In this document: positions 1 through 8,979 of the stretch, in pieces
Layout: every line of letters starts with the position of its first letter
Numbering within the stretch: position 1 is the first letter of the stretch
Source: Gloeobacterales cyanobacterium
GTDB taxonomy: Bacteria > Cyanobacteriota > Cyanobacteriia > Gloeobacterales > PMM-0068
Direction: 5' to 3'
Assembly (NCBI GenBank): GCA_038245785.1
Contig: JBBRSB010000022.1
Location: forward strand, 20,632-84,631
Length of the DNA: 64,000 nt
Program-made: the position numbers and the translations under genes
Notes under the pieces: model-generated
What the model saw: only the letters and a program-made list of their open reading frames with translations
Told to the model about the DNA's origin: nothing
The model's database searches: none

Positions 1-1
1 T

Positions 2-268
2 TGTGGTGCAGTAAAAGCTGCCTTATCGGGAGAAGCGGTGCCTGGTTCTATTGCTGCGGTCTTGGAGCAAATGAAACCTGCTGTCGCCATGGTCAAGGAT
101 AAAAAAGCTAAAGGGGCCTTGGATGAGGCAATCGCCAACAACGTCAAGCTTCAGGTAGCCAAGCTCAAAGAGTCTCCCGTCCTGGGGGCTTTGGTGAAAG
201 AAGGCAAGCTGAAAATTGTCGGCGCGGTCTATGACCTGGATGAAGGCAATGTAAAACTGCTGGCGTAG
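2..268 (+). CDS. beta-class carbonic anhydrase, 3' part (5' end outside window)
   Basis: Frame is open from base 2: CGAVKAA...AIANNVKLQVAKL...GKLKIVGAVYDLDEG, the typical beta-CA C-terminal half (Cys of HxxC zinc motif, GAxYD motif). Confidence 0.85.
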   Translation, partial: CGAVKAALSGEAVPGSIAAVLEQMKPAVAMVKDKKAKGALDEAIANNVKLQVAKLKESPVLGALVKEGKLKIVGAVYDLDEGNVKLLA

Positions 269-270
269 CT

Positions 271-518
271 ACCCCTCAGTCCCTTCGGGACAGCTCCCCT
301 TAGAAGGGAGCCTATTCGGGGGACAGAAGAGGCTCGGATTTAGATATAGATGCTGCCAAAGCGATAGCTCACTGCCTCTTGCGGACTCTAGAGATGAGAT
401 TGTTTGGGTTGTGAAGGTTATCACATTCCCTCAGTTCTATGCTCACACCTGCAGTTTTCTCTCCTCAAAAGGCCCAGGCTCCCCTTCGAGGGGAGCTGTC
501 CCGTAGGGACTGAGGGGT
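271..518. repeat. REP-doublet/MITE-like element with 43-bp imperfect terminal inverted repeats
   Basis: 271-313 acccctcagtcccttcgggacagctccccttagaagggagcct matches the reverse complement of 476-518 with few mismatches; each arm is itself a double hairpin. Confidence 0.8.
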
Positions 519-550
519 GGAAATCTTTTAACTTAACAAGGAGTCCTGAT

Positions 551-2557
551 ATGTCTGTATTTGTTGAAGTGGAGCAAATTGATAAGGTCTTCCCGCTTGC
601 AGATGGAGGGAGCTATGTTGCCCTTAAAAATATAGATCTGACTATCCGTAAGGGCGAGTTTGTTACGCTCATCGGTCATTCTGGCTGCGGTAAATCGACC
701 TTGCTCAATATTGTGGCCGGATTGGATAGTCCGACGGAGGGTGGCGTAGTTTTAGCAGGGCAGACCGTCACCGAACCTGGACCAGACCGGATGGTCGTTT
801 TTCAGAACTATTCACTTTTGCCCTGGCTAACAGTATACGAAAACATTGCTCTGGCTGTAGATGAGGTGATGACTACGCTCTCTAAGAGTGAACGGCAGAA
901 CTTGATTGAGCACTACATGAACCTAGTAGGACTCAAGGCCGCTGCGGATAAGCGACCTGGTCAGCTGTCTGGAGGGATGAAGCAGCGGGTGGCAATTGCA
1001 CGGGCTTTAGCCATTCGTCCGCAATTGCTGCTTTTGGATGAACCCTTTGGCGCTTTGGATGCGCTAACTAGAGGTAATTTACAAGAGCAGTTGATGAAAA
1101 TCTGCGAAGAAACTCAGGCTACATGCCTGATGGTTACCCATGATGTGGATGAAGCCTTACTCCTATCTGACCGCGTGGTCATGCTCACCAATGGACCAGA
1201 ATCTCATATCGGCCAGATTCTGGAAGTAGCCATTCCTCGACCCCGTGAACGCATGGAAGTAGTCAATCATCCTAGCTATTACAGTCTGCGCAGCGAGATT
1301 ATTTACTTCCTCAACCAGCAAAAGAAAGCCAAGCAGCGGGCTCGTAAACCCGCTCCTATCGCCCGTCATGGATTGGAAAAAATCAATCTGGAAATCGGCT
1401 TTCTACCCCTGACTGCCTGTGCTCCCCTCGTCGTCGCCAAGGAGAAAGGATTTTTCACCAAGCATGGCCTGGATGAAGTAAATCTAGTGCGCGAACCCAA
1501 CTGGCGAGCGATCACCGATGGCATGGTCACCAATGACTTAGATGCTGCTCAAATGCCTGCCGGGATGCCCTTGTGGTTCTCGCTGGGAGGCGTAGACGAA
1601 AAGCCCCTCTCCGTAGTGACCTCCCTGACGCTCACCCGAAATGGCAATGCCATTACTTTGGCGAAACGCCTCTATGACCGTGGAGTGCATACCCTGGCTG
1701 ATTTCAAGCGGGTATTACGTCAATCTCCTGAAGAGCGACACACCTTAGGCATGGTTCATCCGGCTTCGATGCACAATCTCTTGTTGCGCTATTGGCTGGC
1801 CGCTGGCGGTATCGATCCGGACCATGATGTGGATTTGACAACCATCCCTCCTGCTCAGATGGTTTCTAATCTTCAAGCCGGCAATATTGATGGCTACTGT
1901 GTCGGAGAGCCCTGGAATTTCCGGGCCGCTCTAGAAGGAATTGGTTTTACGGCGGCAACGGACCTGGAAATCTGGCCGGGACATCCGGGAAAAGTTCTTG
2001 GCGTAAGAGAAGACTGGGCTGCTGCTCATCCAAATACCCATTTGGCGCTGGTGAAAGCGCTCTTGGAAGCCTGTCAGTACTGTAACGACCAACAGAATGG
2101 CCCTGAAATTCGTGAACTGCTGTGCCGACCAGAATATCTGGACACTGAACCCCAATACATCCAATTGGCCGATTCTACACCCACGGTCTGTGATGCAAGC
2201 AACCCCGTTCAGTATGCCCACCATCTGTTTTTCGGAGATGGAGTCAATCGCCCAAGTCGCACAGAACAACTCTGGATCATGACCCAGATGGCTCGTTGGG
2301 GAACAGTGCCTTTTCCAAGAAATTGGGTGGAAATTCTCGAACGGCTCTGTCGGGTAGATGTCTTCAGTACCGCTGCGCGCGAAGTTGGGCTATCGGATAT
2401 CAGCTATACCCGTATTCCGATTCAACTCAATCTTCAAGAACCTCCAGAAGCGGCTTTCAATCCTGAGGACCCGATTAGCTACCTCAATAGCTTGGATATA
2501 AAGCATGAGGTCTATATCGCAGAAGTGATTGCCCCTAGCCTTGCCCGTTCTGCTTAG
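551..2557 (+). CDS. cmpC: bicarbonate ABC transporter ATP-binding/regulatory subunit CmpC
   Basis: Walker A GHSGCGKST, LSGGMKQR, LLLLDEPF, fused C-terminal NrtA/CmpA-like domain. YYSLRSEIIYFLNQQK, ARHGLEK, PLTACAPL and AQMPAGMP resemble CmpC more than NrtC. ATG 551 has an AGGAG RBS; the ORF extension to 404 runs through a repeat. Confidence 0.8.
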   Translation: MSVFVEVEQIDKVFPLADGGSYVALKNIDLTIRKGEFVTLIGHSGCGKSTLLNIVAGLDSPTEGGVVLAGQTVTEPGPDRMVVFQNYSLLPWLTVYENIALAVDEVMTTLSKSERQNLIEHYMNLVGLKAAADKRPGQLSGGMKQRVAIARALAIRPQLLLLDEPFGALDALTRGNLQEQLMKICEETQATCLMVTHDVDEALLLSDRVVMLTNGPESHIGQILEVAIPRPRERMEVVNHPSYYSLRSEIIYFLNQQKKAKQRARKPAPIARHGLEKINLEIGFLPLTACAPLVVAKEKGFFTKHGLDEVNLVREPNWRAITDGMVTNDLDAAQMPAGMPLWFSLGGVDEKPLSVVTSLTLTRNGNAITLAKRLYDRGVHTLADFKRVLRQSPEERHTLGMVHPASMHNLLLRYWLAAGGIDPDHDVDLTTIPPAQMVSNLQAGNIDGYCVGEPWNFRAALEGIGFTAATDLEIWPGHPGKVLGVREDWAAAHPNTHLALVKALLEACQYCNDQQNGPEIRELLCRPEYLDTEPQYIQLADSTPTVCDASNPVQYAHHLFFGDGVNRPSRTEQLWIMTQMARWGTVPFPRNWVEILERLCRVDVFSTAAREVGLSDISYTRIPIQLNLQEPPEAAFNPEDPISYLNSLDIKHEVYIAEVIAPSLARSA

Positions 2558-2575
2558 AAACCTCTAACTCTCTAA

Positions 2576-2693
2576 CGCCCCCTTTCGGCTGACGCTCAGG
2601 GAAGCCTAAATCCCCCAATACTGGTGGACTTTGAGTTACGTGCTCCGCACACGCAGACGACCAGAACCCCCAGAATTGGGGGGCAGGGGGGCG
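2576..2693. repeat. short dispersed inverted-repeat element (cyanobacterial CCCCCAATTCTGGGGG family) with a nested ~24-bp insert
   Basis: Left arm cgccccc[insert]taaatcccccaatactggtggactttgag, right arm cccccagaattggggggcaggggggcg; second copy at 14188-14287. Confidence 0.75.
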
Positions 2694-2741
2694 AAATCCA
2701 GCAATCTCCAACTCTTCACTTAACTAACAGGAGAATGAACC

Positions 2742-3584
2742 ATGCAAACCGAAACCAGTACATCAACACAATCTGTCAGCACTGCAGCTAACTCGACCCC
2801 ATTTCTAGTCGTTGAGAATGTCTCTAAGGTCTACCCCACAGCCAAAGGGTCCTACACCGTTTTGGAAGATGTGAACCTGACGGTCCAAGAGGGCGAGTTT
2901 ATCTGCATCATTGGTCACTCAGGCTGTGGCAAATCAACGCTGCTCAATATGGTTGCCGGATTTTCAGAACCCACAGAAGGATCGGTACGGCTCAAGAACC
3001 AGACGATTACCGAACCAGGGCCAGACCGGATGATGGTCTTTCAGAACTATTCATTGTTGCCTTGGCTAACCGTTGCCGAGAATGTTCTGCTAGCGGTCGA
3101 TTCTGTCTATCCTGATAAGCCCCTTTCCGAACAGATGGCTATTGTCCATGAGCATCTCGCGCTGGTGGGATTGTCAGAAGCCGCTCAGAAGAAACCAACC
3201 CAGCTATCAGGGGGAATGCGTCAGCGCTTGGGTATTGCCCGTGCCCTATCGATTCGCCCAGAAATCCTGATTTTGGATGAGCCCTTCGGCGCTCTAGATG
3301 CAATTACCAAGGAAGAACTGCAAGAAGAGTTGCTAAAAATCTGGAATGACCACAAGGCTACGGTCTTGATGATTACCCATGATATTGATGAAGCTCTATT
3401 CCTTGCAGACCGTCTGGTGATGATGACCAATGGCCCTTCGGCCCATATCGGAGAAGTCTTAGATATTCCATTTCGCCGTCCCCGCAATCGCACCCGCATT
3501 ATGGAAGACCCTGAGTACTACAACTTGCGCAACTATGCTTTGGACTTCCTCTATCGTCGCTATGCCCATGCCGTAGTTGATTAG
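2742..3584 (+). CDS. cmpD: bicarbonate ABC transporter ATP-binding subunit CmpD
   Basis: GHSGCGKST, LSGGMRQR, ILILDEPF; follows cmpC; C-terminal LDFLYRRYAH. Confidence 0.8.
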   Translation: MQTETSTSTQSVSTAANSTPFLVVENVSKVYPTAKGSYTVLEDVNLTVQEGEFICIIGHSGCGKSTLLNMVAGFSEPTEGSVRLKNQTITEPGPDRMMVFQNYSLLPWLTVAENVLLAVDSVYPDKPLSEQMAIVHEHLALVGLSEAAQKKPTQLSGGMRQRLGIARALSIRPEILILDEPFGALDAITKEELQEELLKIWNDHKATVLMITHDIDEALFLADRLVMMTNGPSAHIGEVLDIPFRRPRNRTRIMEDPEYYNLRNYALDFLYRRYAHAVVD

Positions 3585-3592
3585 CCGGAGGA

Positions 3593-3623
3593 GCTCGTTG
3601 CGCTGTGACACAGCGCAACGAGC
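3593..3623. terminator. perfect 15-bp inverted repeat between convergent genes, probable bidirectional terminator or REP-like hairpin
   Basis: gctcgttgcgctgtg-a-cacagcgcaacgagc. Confidence 0.6.
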
Positions 3624-3636
3624 ATAGGGAGGAAGG

Positions 3637-3993
3637 TTAAGTCGCGTAATAATAGCGCTCATGGACGACCTTTCCATCTTTCCACTTTTGCACAGAGACT
3701 TGATCATGGGTCTGCTTGCCCCACTCCTTGTGGGTATAGTCTGCAAACCACTCCGAGATAATCACATCTTCTCCAAAGGCAACATTCTTTAGAGCAATGC
3801 CTCGGAATTCAACAACCTTGGCCATAAAATCCAGCTCCCGCTCGCGGTTAGCCGCTTTTCCGACGGTTGGAGGATTTTCATTTTCTTGCATGACTACGTC
3901 ATCGCCGTAATACTTTTCAAAGGCCTCCATGGCCTTGCCTTCCATTACTAGATTCTTGATATCTTCAAAGGCAGTTTTCAGATCGGTACTCAT
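3637..3993 (-). CDS. SnoaL-like / NTF2-fold protein
   Basis: AFEKYYGDDVVMQEN...VSVQKWKDGKVVHERYY; ATG 3993 has a GAGGA RBS; divergent from MarR. Confidence 0.8.
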   Translation of the reverse strand: MSTDLKTAFEDIKNLVMEGKAMEAFEKYYGDDVVMQENENPPTVGKAANRERELDFMAKVVEFRGIALKNVAFGEDVIISEWFADYTHKEWGKQTHDQVSVQKWKDGKVVHERYYYAT

Positions 3994-4086
3994 TTTTGAA
4001 GTCCTCTTAAACATGAGTTGTGGCTGTGTTTCAGAGATTAAGCCCCTCATCTTGAGGCAATAATCTCTACTTTTTGTTCGAGGTTA

Positions 4087-4143
4087 GATAGTTGAAAATT
4101 CAACTATCCTCAGCTTAGACTGATCTAGTTGAAACTTCAACTA
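4087..4143. promoter_or_regulatory. two palindromic MarR operator sites
   Basis: gatagttgaa-aa-ttcaactatc (4087-4108) and tagttgaa-ac-ttcaacta (4126-4143) in the divergent intergenic region. Confidence 0.75.
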
Positions 4144-4164
4144 TTTTCTTGGATACTGAGTCCT

Positions 4165-4647
4165 GTGAACAATAAACCTAAATTAGATAGTCTACGAAGT
4201 TCCGTCTGGCGACTGTTTCTGACTACCCATAGCAAACTGCTGGAGCAGAATGAGGCCAAACTGGCTCAAGCAGAGCTGCCACCGTTGGAGTGGTACGATG
4301 TGCTGTTTACCCTCAAAGAAGCCTCAGAGCAACGTCTTCGGCTGAGTGAGTTAGCCGAGAAAGTCCTGTTAAGCCGCAGTAATCTCTCTCATCTGGTGGA
4401 TCGATTGGAGAAGGCTGGATTGCTGCGCCGTGAGTCCTGCCCAAGCGATCGCCGAGGGACCTTTGCTGTTTTGACCAAAGAAGGATTGGCGATGCAGGAG
4501 CGCATGTGGGCCGTATATGCCGAAAGCATTACAGAAACCTTTGCCAGTTACCTAGATGACGATGAAGTAAAAACCCTACAGCAAATTTTGAATCGCCTAA
4601 TGGCAGCAGCAGATGAGGCACAGGAAAGAGCCAAAATCCAGAATTGA
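4165..4647 (+). CDS. MarR-family transcriptional regulator
   Basis: LRLSELAEKVLLSRSNLSHLVDRLEKAGLLRRE...DRRGTFAVLT winged HTH; GTG 4165 preferred because the longer start overlaps the operators. Confidence 0.9.
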   Translation: MNNKPKLDSLRSSVWRLFLTTHSKLLEQNEAKLAQAELPPLEWYDVLFTLKEASEQRLRLSELAEKVLLSRSNLSHLVDRLEKAGLLRRESCPSDRRGTFAVLTKEGLAMQERMWAVYAESITETFASYLDDDEVKTLQQILNRLMAAADEAQERAKIQN

Positions 4648-4790
4648 GTAGAGCTCCTGCGTGAATCTTGAAAGGTAATACTAGATGATATTTATCCATT
4701 TTGAAAAAACGGTTTTGCATGTCAAAACATTAATCATTGGAACGTTTTGTTGAAATATTTTTGCCGATGGTGTGGTGGCATTTTCGGCGT

Positions 4791-4822
4791 TCGTAGGGGC
4801 GATTTGCAAATCGCCCCTACGA
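4791..4822. repeat. GTAG-type REP palindrome
   Basis: Perfect 32-bp palindrome tcgtaggggcgatttg|caaatcgcccctacga. Confidence 0.85.
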
Positions 4823-4941
4823 CGTTAGTGGTTTGATGCCACAATCCTGTGCATCGGGTTGGGCATGATTATCCATTCATCCAAACAACCATATAGATAA
4901 TATTTTGATAATCATCTTTGCGATTCACACATATTTTCATA

Positions 4942-5538
4942 TCAGGAAAGCGTAATTTGCCGCTTAGTCCGGGTGAGTATGCCTTCTCTCTCTAACTGAG
5001 CCAAGGTTCTGTACAGGACTTCACGACTCAAACCGAGATCATGGGCAATATCTTTTAGAGGAGTATTAAATTTCACTGTAGTCTCTCCAAACTGAGCGTG
5101 GCTAGCTAGATAGCGGATCACGCGCTCCCGAGCAGATGAAATACTTCGCAGCTCCAGTCGGTCTTCCAGCGTCTTGATTTGTTTGGCCATGGACCCAATG
5201 AAGCTTTCGGCTAAGTCAGGACGCTGCCGTAACGTTGCTAGAAGCGTTTGCTTAGGATAAATATGGACCTGAGAAGGAATTTCAGCGACGGCCTCATTGC
5301 CATAGACTTCTGAGAACAATGCTGCCGTCGCAAAACTTTCTCCTGGTGAGACTACCTGTAGGATGATAGCTTTGCCCGCAGGGTTACGGCGGATGATGCT
5401 TATCTGTCCTGTTTCCAGAACGAAGATGGCGCATGCACGGTCATCTTGACGATATAGCACCTGACCAGGTGCAAGGGCCCTCTGGAGCATTACTTCTCTC
5501 AAAGTATTGGCCAGTCTGCTGGAAAGTGAGAATTTCAT
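4942..5538 (-). CDS. Crp/Fnr-family transcriptional regulator (no FNR Cys cluster)
   Basis: cNMP-type beta-roll (PGQVLYRQDD...PGESFA) plus HTH DIAHDLGLSREVLYRTLAQL. Confidence 0.9.
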   Translation of the reverse strand: MKFSLSSRLANTLREVMLQRALAPGQVLYRQDDRACAIFVLETGQISIIRRNPAGKAIILQVVSPGESFATAALFSEVYGNEAVAEIPSQVHIYPKQTLLATLRQRPDLAESFIGSMAKQIKTLEDRLELRSISSARERVIRYLASHAQFGETTVKFNTPLKDIAHDLGLSREVLYRTLAQLEREGILTRTKRQITLS

Positions 5539-5592
5539 ATCTATTAAATAGAGAAGAGCAAAGCAAGCAATGTTTGGACATCATTGGCACTA

Positions 5593-5859
5593 TTAATGAC
5601 TAAGCATCCATGGGCGCTCATGGCGATGAGACTGCCTCACTTTTGGAGCTATTTCCTTAGGTTCACGGCTGACTAGACGCGGTTCCGTTTTTTCTTCTAT
5701 CCGCTTGGAGCGCGAACCCAAATGCACATTAGGGCTTGAGTAGATGCGTTTTGCGATGGTCTGACAGTTTGGGCAGAGCATCGGGTCACTGGATTCGCTG
5801 AATCCGCGCCACTGCTCAAAGAGTCCACAGCTCCTACACTGAAACTCATAAAGAGGCAT
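5593..5859 (-). CDS. fmdB: FmdB-family zinc-ribbon regulatory protein
   Basis: MPLYEFQCRSCG...CPNC...RPWMLSH, directly downstream of formamidase. Confidence 0.85.
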   Translation of the reverse strand: MPLYEFQCRSCGLFEQWRGFSESSDPMLCPNCQTIAKRIYSSPNVHLGSRSKRIEEKTEPRLVSREPKEIAPKVRQSHRHERPWMLSH

Positions 5860-5891
5860 AGGGATTTCCTTCTCCGAGGTGTTTTTGAGAT

Positions 5892-7067
5892 TTATTTGGG
5901 GAGGACGTTTTGTTCAAAGATGGCTGTCGGGACTGCAATCGTACAGCAGGCATTTGGGATATCAACAATGCCGCTGATCCTTCCCTCACAGGGCGCAGAC
6001 CCTAAAAGCAAATAGATCTGTTCGCCAGTGAAGCCAAAGTTTTTGAAATACTCAATCGCATTCAGGCAGGCTCTGCGATAGGCAATATGAGCGTCTAGAT
6101 AGTGCTGTTTGCCCGAAAATTCATCTACGGAAATGCCCTCAAAAACTAAGTACTCTGAGTAGCGAGGCTCGACGGGACCGGGTTTGAAGATTGGATTGGT
6201 CATGCCATACTTTGCGACTCCACCTTTAATGATGTCCACGCTAAGGTCGAGATAGCCTGCCATCTCAATCGCACCGCAGAAAGAAATTTCTCCATCCCCT
6301 TGAGAAAAGTGAATGTCTCCCATGGAGAGTTTGGCCCCTTTCACATAGACCGGGAAATAGACCTTGGAGCCTTTTGAAAGGTTCTTAATATCGCAGTTTC
6401 CACCATGCTCGCGGGGTGGGACCGTACGCGCTGCCTCCTTAGCCACTCGGTCAAACTCTGCCCCCTTCAACGAGCCAAGAATGGCATTGGTTGGATTCGG
6501 AAGGGCAGCAAGGGGCGGCACCCTATCTGGATTGGTCGCTACTAAATCTGCTTCTCGTTTATTCCAGGTTGCCAATAATTCATGGGAAGGAGCACAACCA
6601 ATCAAACCTGGATGGGGAATTCCCGCAAACTTGACCCCAGGGATATGACGGGAGGAAGCGTAAATTCCGTGAAGATCCCAGATTGCTTTTTGGGCAGTGG
6701 GATAGTGGTCGGTCAGAAAACCACCGCCATTCTCTTTAGAAAAAAGCCCCGTAAAGCCCCATTCATAATCGGGCAAAGTTCCCACATCTAAGATATCGAC
6801 CACAAGAATATCACCGGGTTCGGCTCCTTCTACGTGGATAGGTCCACTAAGCACATGGACAACCGTTAAATCGACATCGCGGACATCATCAGGACTGTCA
6901 TTGTTCTTGATTTGTCCATCGGTCCAGTCTTTGCACTCAATCCGAAATACAGCTCCAGGCTTAACAGAAATGATGGCGGGAATATCGGGATGCCAACGAT
7001 TGTGGCCAACCAGGTCCTGTTCGGTAAATGGTTTATTCAGGTCTACGTTGAATAGAACTTCAGGCAT
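5892..7067 (-). CDS. fmdA: formamidase (acetamidase/formamidase family)
   Basis: HNRWHPDIP, LSGPIHVEGAEPGD, PPREHGGNCDIKNL, GDIHFSQGDGEISFCGAIE. Confidence 0.92.
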   Translation of the reverse strand: MPEVLFNVDLNKPFTEQDLVGHNRWHPDIPAIISVKPGAVFRIECKDWTDGQIKNNDSPDDVRDVDLTVVHVLSGPIHVEGAEPGDILVVDILDVGTLPDYEWGFTGLFSKENGGGFLTDHYPTAQKAIWDLHGIYASSRHIPGVKFAGIPHPGLIGCAPSHELLATWNKREADLVATNPDRVPPLAALPNPTNAILGSLKGAEFDRVAKEAARTVPPREHGGNCDIKNLSKGSKVYFPVYVKGAKLSMGDIHFSQGDGEISFCGAIEMAGYLDLSVDIIKGGVAKYGMTNPIFKPGPVEPRYSEYLVFEGISVDEFSGKQHYLDAHIAYRRACLNAIEYFKNFGFTGEQIYLLLGSAPCEGRISGIVDIPNACCTIAVPTAIFEQNVLPK

Positions 7068-7129
7068 ATTTGTCTCCTCGTAGCGTATTGGATACCTATT
7101 GGATATTGAAAGCTATCTCTTCTTATTGC

Positions 7130-8767
7130 TTACGTCATTGCCGTTGTTTTACAGCTGTCATGACAGACAGCATCCAAACTGCAACAGAGAGAACAGATAG
7201 GTCCCTCATGGAAAGGACAATGGGCCATGTCTTCTTTTTCATAGGAGAGGTTGCATACGGAGCACTCCACCGCGCCGATATCACCAGCTAAACGATATTG
7301 AGTATCCTCACGGGCGATGTAGTACTTACCTTTGGTAAAGAAGGCAATCAGCGGTGATAGAACAAAAGCCAAACCTAGGGCAATAAATGTAGAGAATGCC
7401 TGCGCTACTGGACCCATAAATCCGAAGAAGGCAATGATTGATATCACCGAGGCAATAATCATTGAGCCAAAGCCAACGGGGTTGAAGTTATAGAGGTGAG
7501 CCCGTTTGAACTCGATATAGCTTGGACTAATCCCCAAAGGCTTATTGATAACAAGGTCTGCCACCAATGCCCCAATCCAGGCAATCGCCACATTGGAGTA
7601 GAACCCCAGTACATAGAGCAGGGTATCGAATACGCCCAGCAACATTAGGGACAGGGCAATCGCAACGTTGAAGACTAGCCAAACCACGCGGCCAGGGTGA
7701 GCATGGGTGAGGCGGGAAAAGAAGTTGGACCAGGACAGCGAACCAGAGTAGGCATTGGTGACATTGATTTTGACTTGGGACAGAATCACAAAGAACGTAG
7801 CTACCGCTAGGACCACTCCGGGATTGGAGAATACCGCTTGGAAACCACTGATATACATCTGGATGGGCTCATTTGCCTTTTCTAGAGGTATGCCTTTGCT
7901 CGCCGCTAGGGACGTGAAGAAGGACCCCCCCCACTGCTTAAAGGCTCCCAGAAATACCCAGCCTGGACCGGCAAGAATAACCGCTAGCCACCATTTGACC
8001 TTATTTTCCTGTGTCTCATCGGGCATAAACCGTAAATAGTCTACCTGCTCACCAATCTGAGCAATCAAAGACAGAGCAACACCACAGGCCGCTCCAAAGA
8101 GCAAGGGATCGAATGCCGCACCACTTTTGGACTTTCCTGCAAAGCTGAGCCAGTTGGACCAAGACTCTGGCTGCTTAGAAAGAACGAAAATAAAAGGCAG
8201 AATCATCAGCGTTAGCCAGACTGGCTGCGTCCAGACTTGAAGCTGTGAAAGCAGAGTCATTCCATAGACAACTAGGGGAATAATGACAATTGAAGAAACA
8301 ATATATCCAAGCCAAAGAGGTAAACCAAAATAAATCTCAAAAGCCTGGGCCATGATCGCCCCTTCTAAGGCAAAGAAGATAAAAGTAAAGGAAGCATATA
8401 CAAGAGAAGTGATTGTTGAGCCGATATAGCCAAAGCCCGCTCCTCGTGTTAGCAAATCCATATCAATACTGTACTTAGCTGAATAGTAAGCAATCGGTAA
8501 ACCCGTTAGAAATATAATGATGGCAGAAACTAAAATAGCCCAGAAAGCATTGGAGAAGCCGGAGCTAATCGCGATGGAGCCACCGATGGCAAAGTCTGCC
8601 AAGTAGGATATTCCACCCAACGCAGCTGTGGCTACCGTGTATTCTGACCATCTCCTGAATGACTTCGGTGCGTAACGCAAGGAATAGTCTTCCAGCATTT
8701 CATTATTAACCCAAGAATTGTACTTCCTCTTTGCTTTTACAGAGGGGGTTGTGCTTGCTTCTTGCAT
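7130..8767 (-). CDS. NCS1/purine-cytosine permease-like membrane protein with Cys-rich C-terminal tail
   Basis: About 12 hydrophobic segments, LEDYSLRYAP, DLLTRGAGFGY, QIGEQVDYLRFMP, NVTNAYSGSL; tail CSVC...CPFH..PICSLCCSLDAVCHDSC. Confidence 0.75.
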   Translation of the reverse strand: MQEASTTPSVKAKRKYNSWVNNEMLEDYSLRYAPKSFRRWSEYTVATAALGGISYLADFAIGGSIAISSGFSNAFWAILVSAIIIFLTGLPIAYYSAKYSIDMDLLTRGAGFGYIGSTITSLVYASFTFIFFALEGAIMAQAFEIYFGLPLWLGYIVSSIVIIPLVVYGMTLLSQLQVWTQPVWLTLMILPFIFVLSKQPESWSNWLSFAGKSKSGAAFDPLLFGAACGVALSLIAQIGEQVDYLRFMPDETQENKVKWWLAVILAGPGWVFLGAFKQWGGSFFTSLAASKGIPLEKANEPIQMYISGFQAVFSNPGVVLAVATFFVILSQVKINVTNAYSGSLSWSNFFSRLTHAHPGRVVWLVFNVAIALSLMLLGVFDTLLYVLGFYSNVAIAWIGALVADLVINKPLGISPSYIEFKRAHLYNFNPVGFGSMIIASVISIIAFFGFMGPVAQAFSTFIALGLAFVLSPLIAFFTKGKYYIAREDTQYRLAGDIGAVECSVCNLSYEKEDMAHCPFHEGPICSLCCSLDAVCHDSCKTTAMT

Positions 8768-8915
8768 GACATACCGCTCAAATCAAGGCACTAGAACCTT
8801 AATTTCTGAGAAATTTAAGTTCTGTCAAATCAAACACAAAAACACCAATTAGAACAAATTTTCTAGTTCATGAGAATATTGAGAGGAAGCAGTTAGTAGC
8901 AAAAATAAGTTATGC

Positions 8916-8931
8916 TGTATCTAGAGAAACA
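8916..8931. promoter_or_regulatory. possible NtcA/Crp-family box upstream of the formamidase operon
   Basis: TGT-N10-ACA (tgtatctagagaaaca), one mismatch from GTA-N8-TAC; no clean -10 box at the canonical spacing. Confidence 0.3.
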
Positions 8932-8979
8932 AACACAATATGATTCAAATCATATTTAGATTTCAGATTTTTTATTAGA

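Noticed and set aside
404..550. 49-aa N-terminal extension of CmpC in the ORF track
   Set aside because: Runs through the inverted-repeat element; ATG 551 has an RBS and matches the family N-terminus
551..3584. nrtC/nrtD (nitrate transport) assignment
   Set aside because: Motifs look closer to CmpC/CmpD, a carbonic anhydrase is adjacent and no nirA/narB is nearby; not fully excluded without phylogeny
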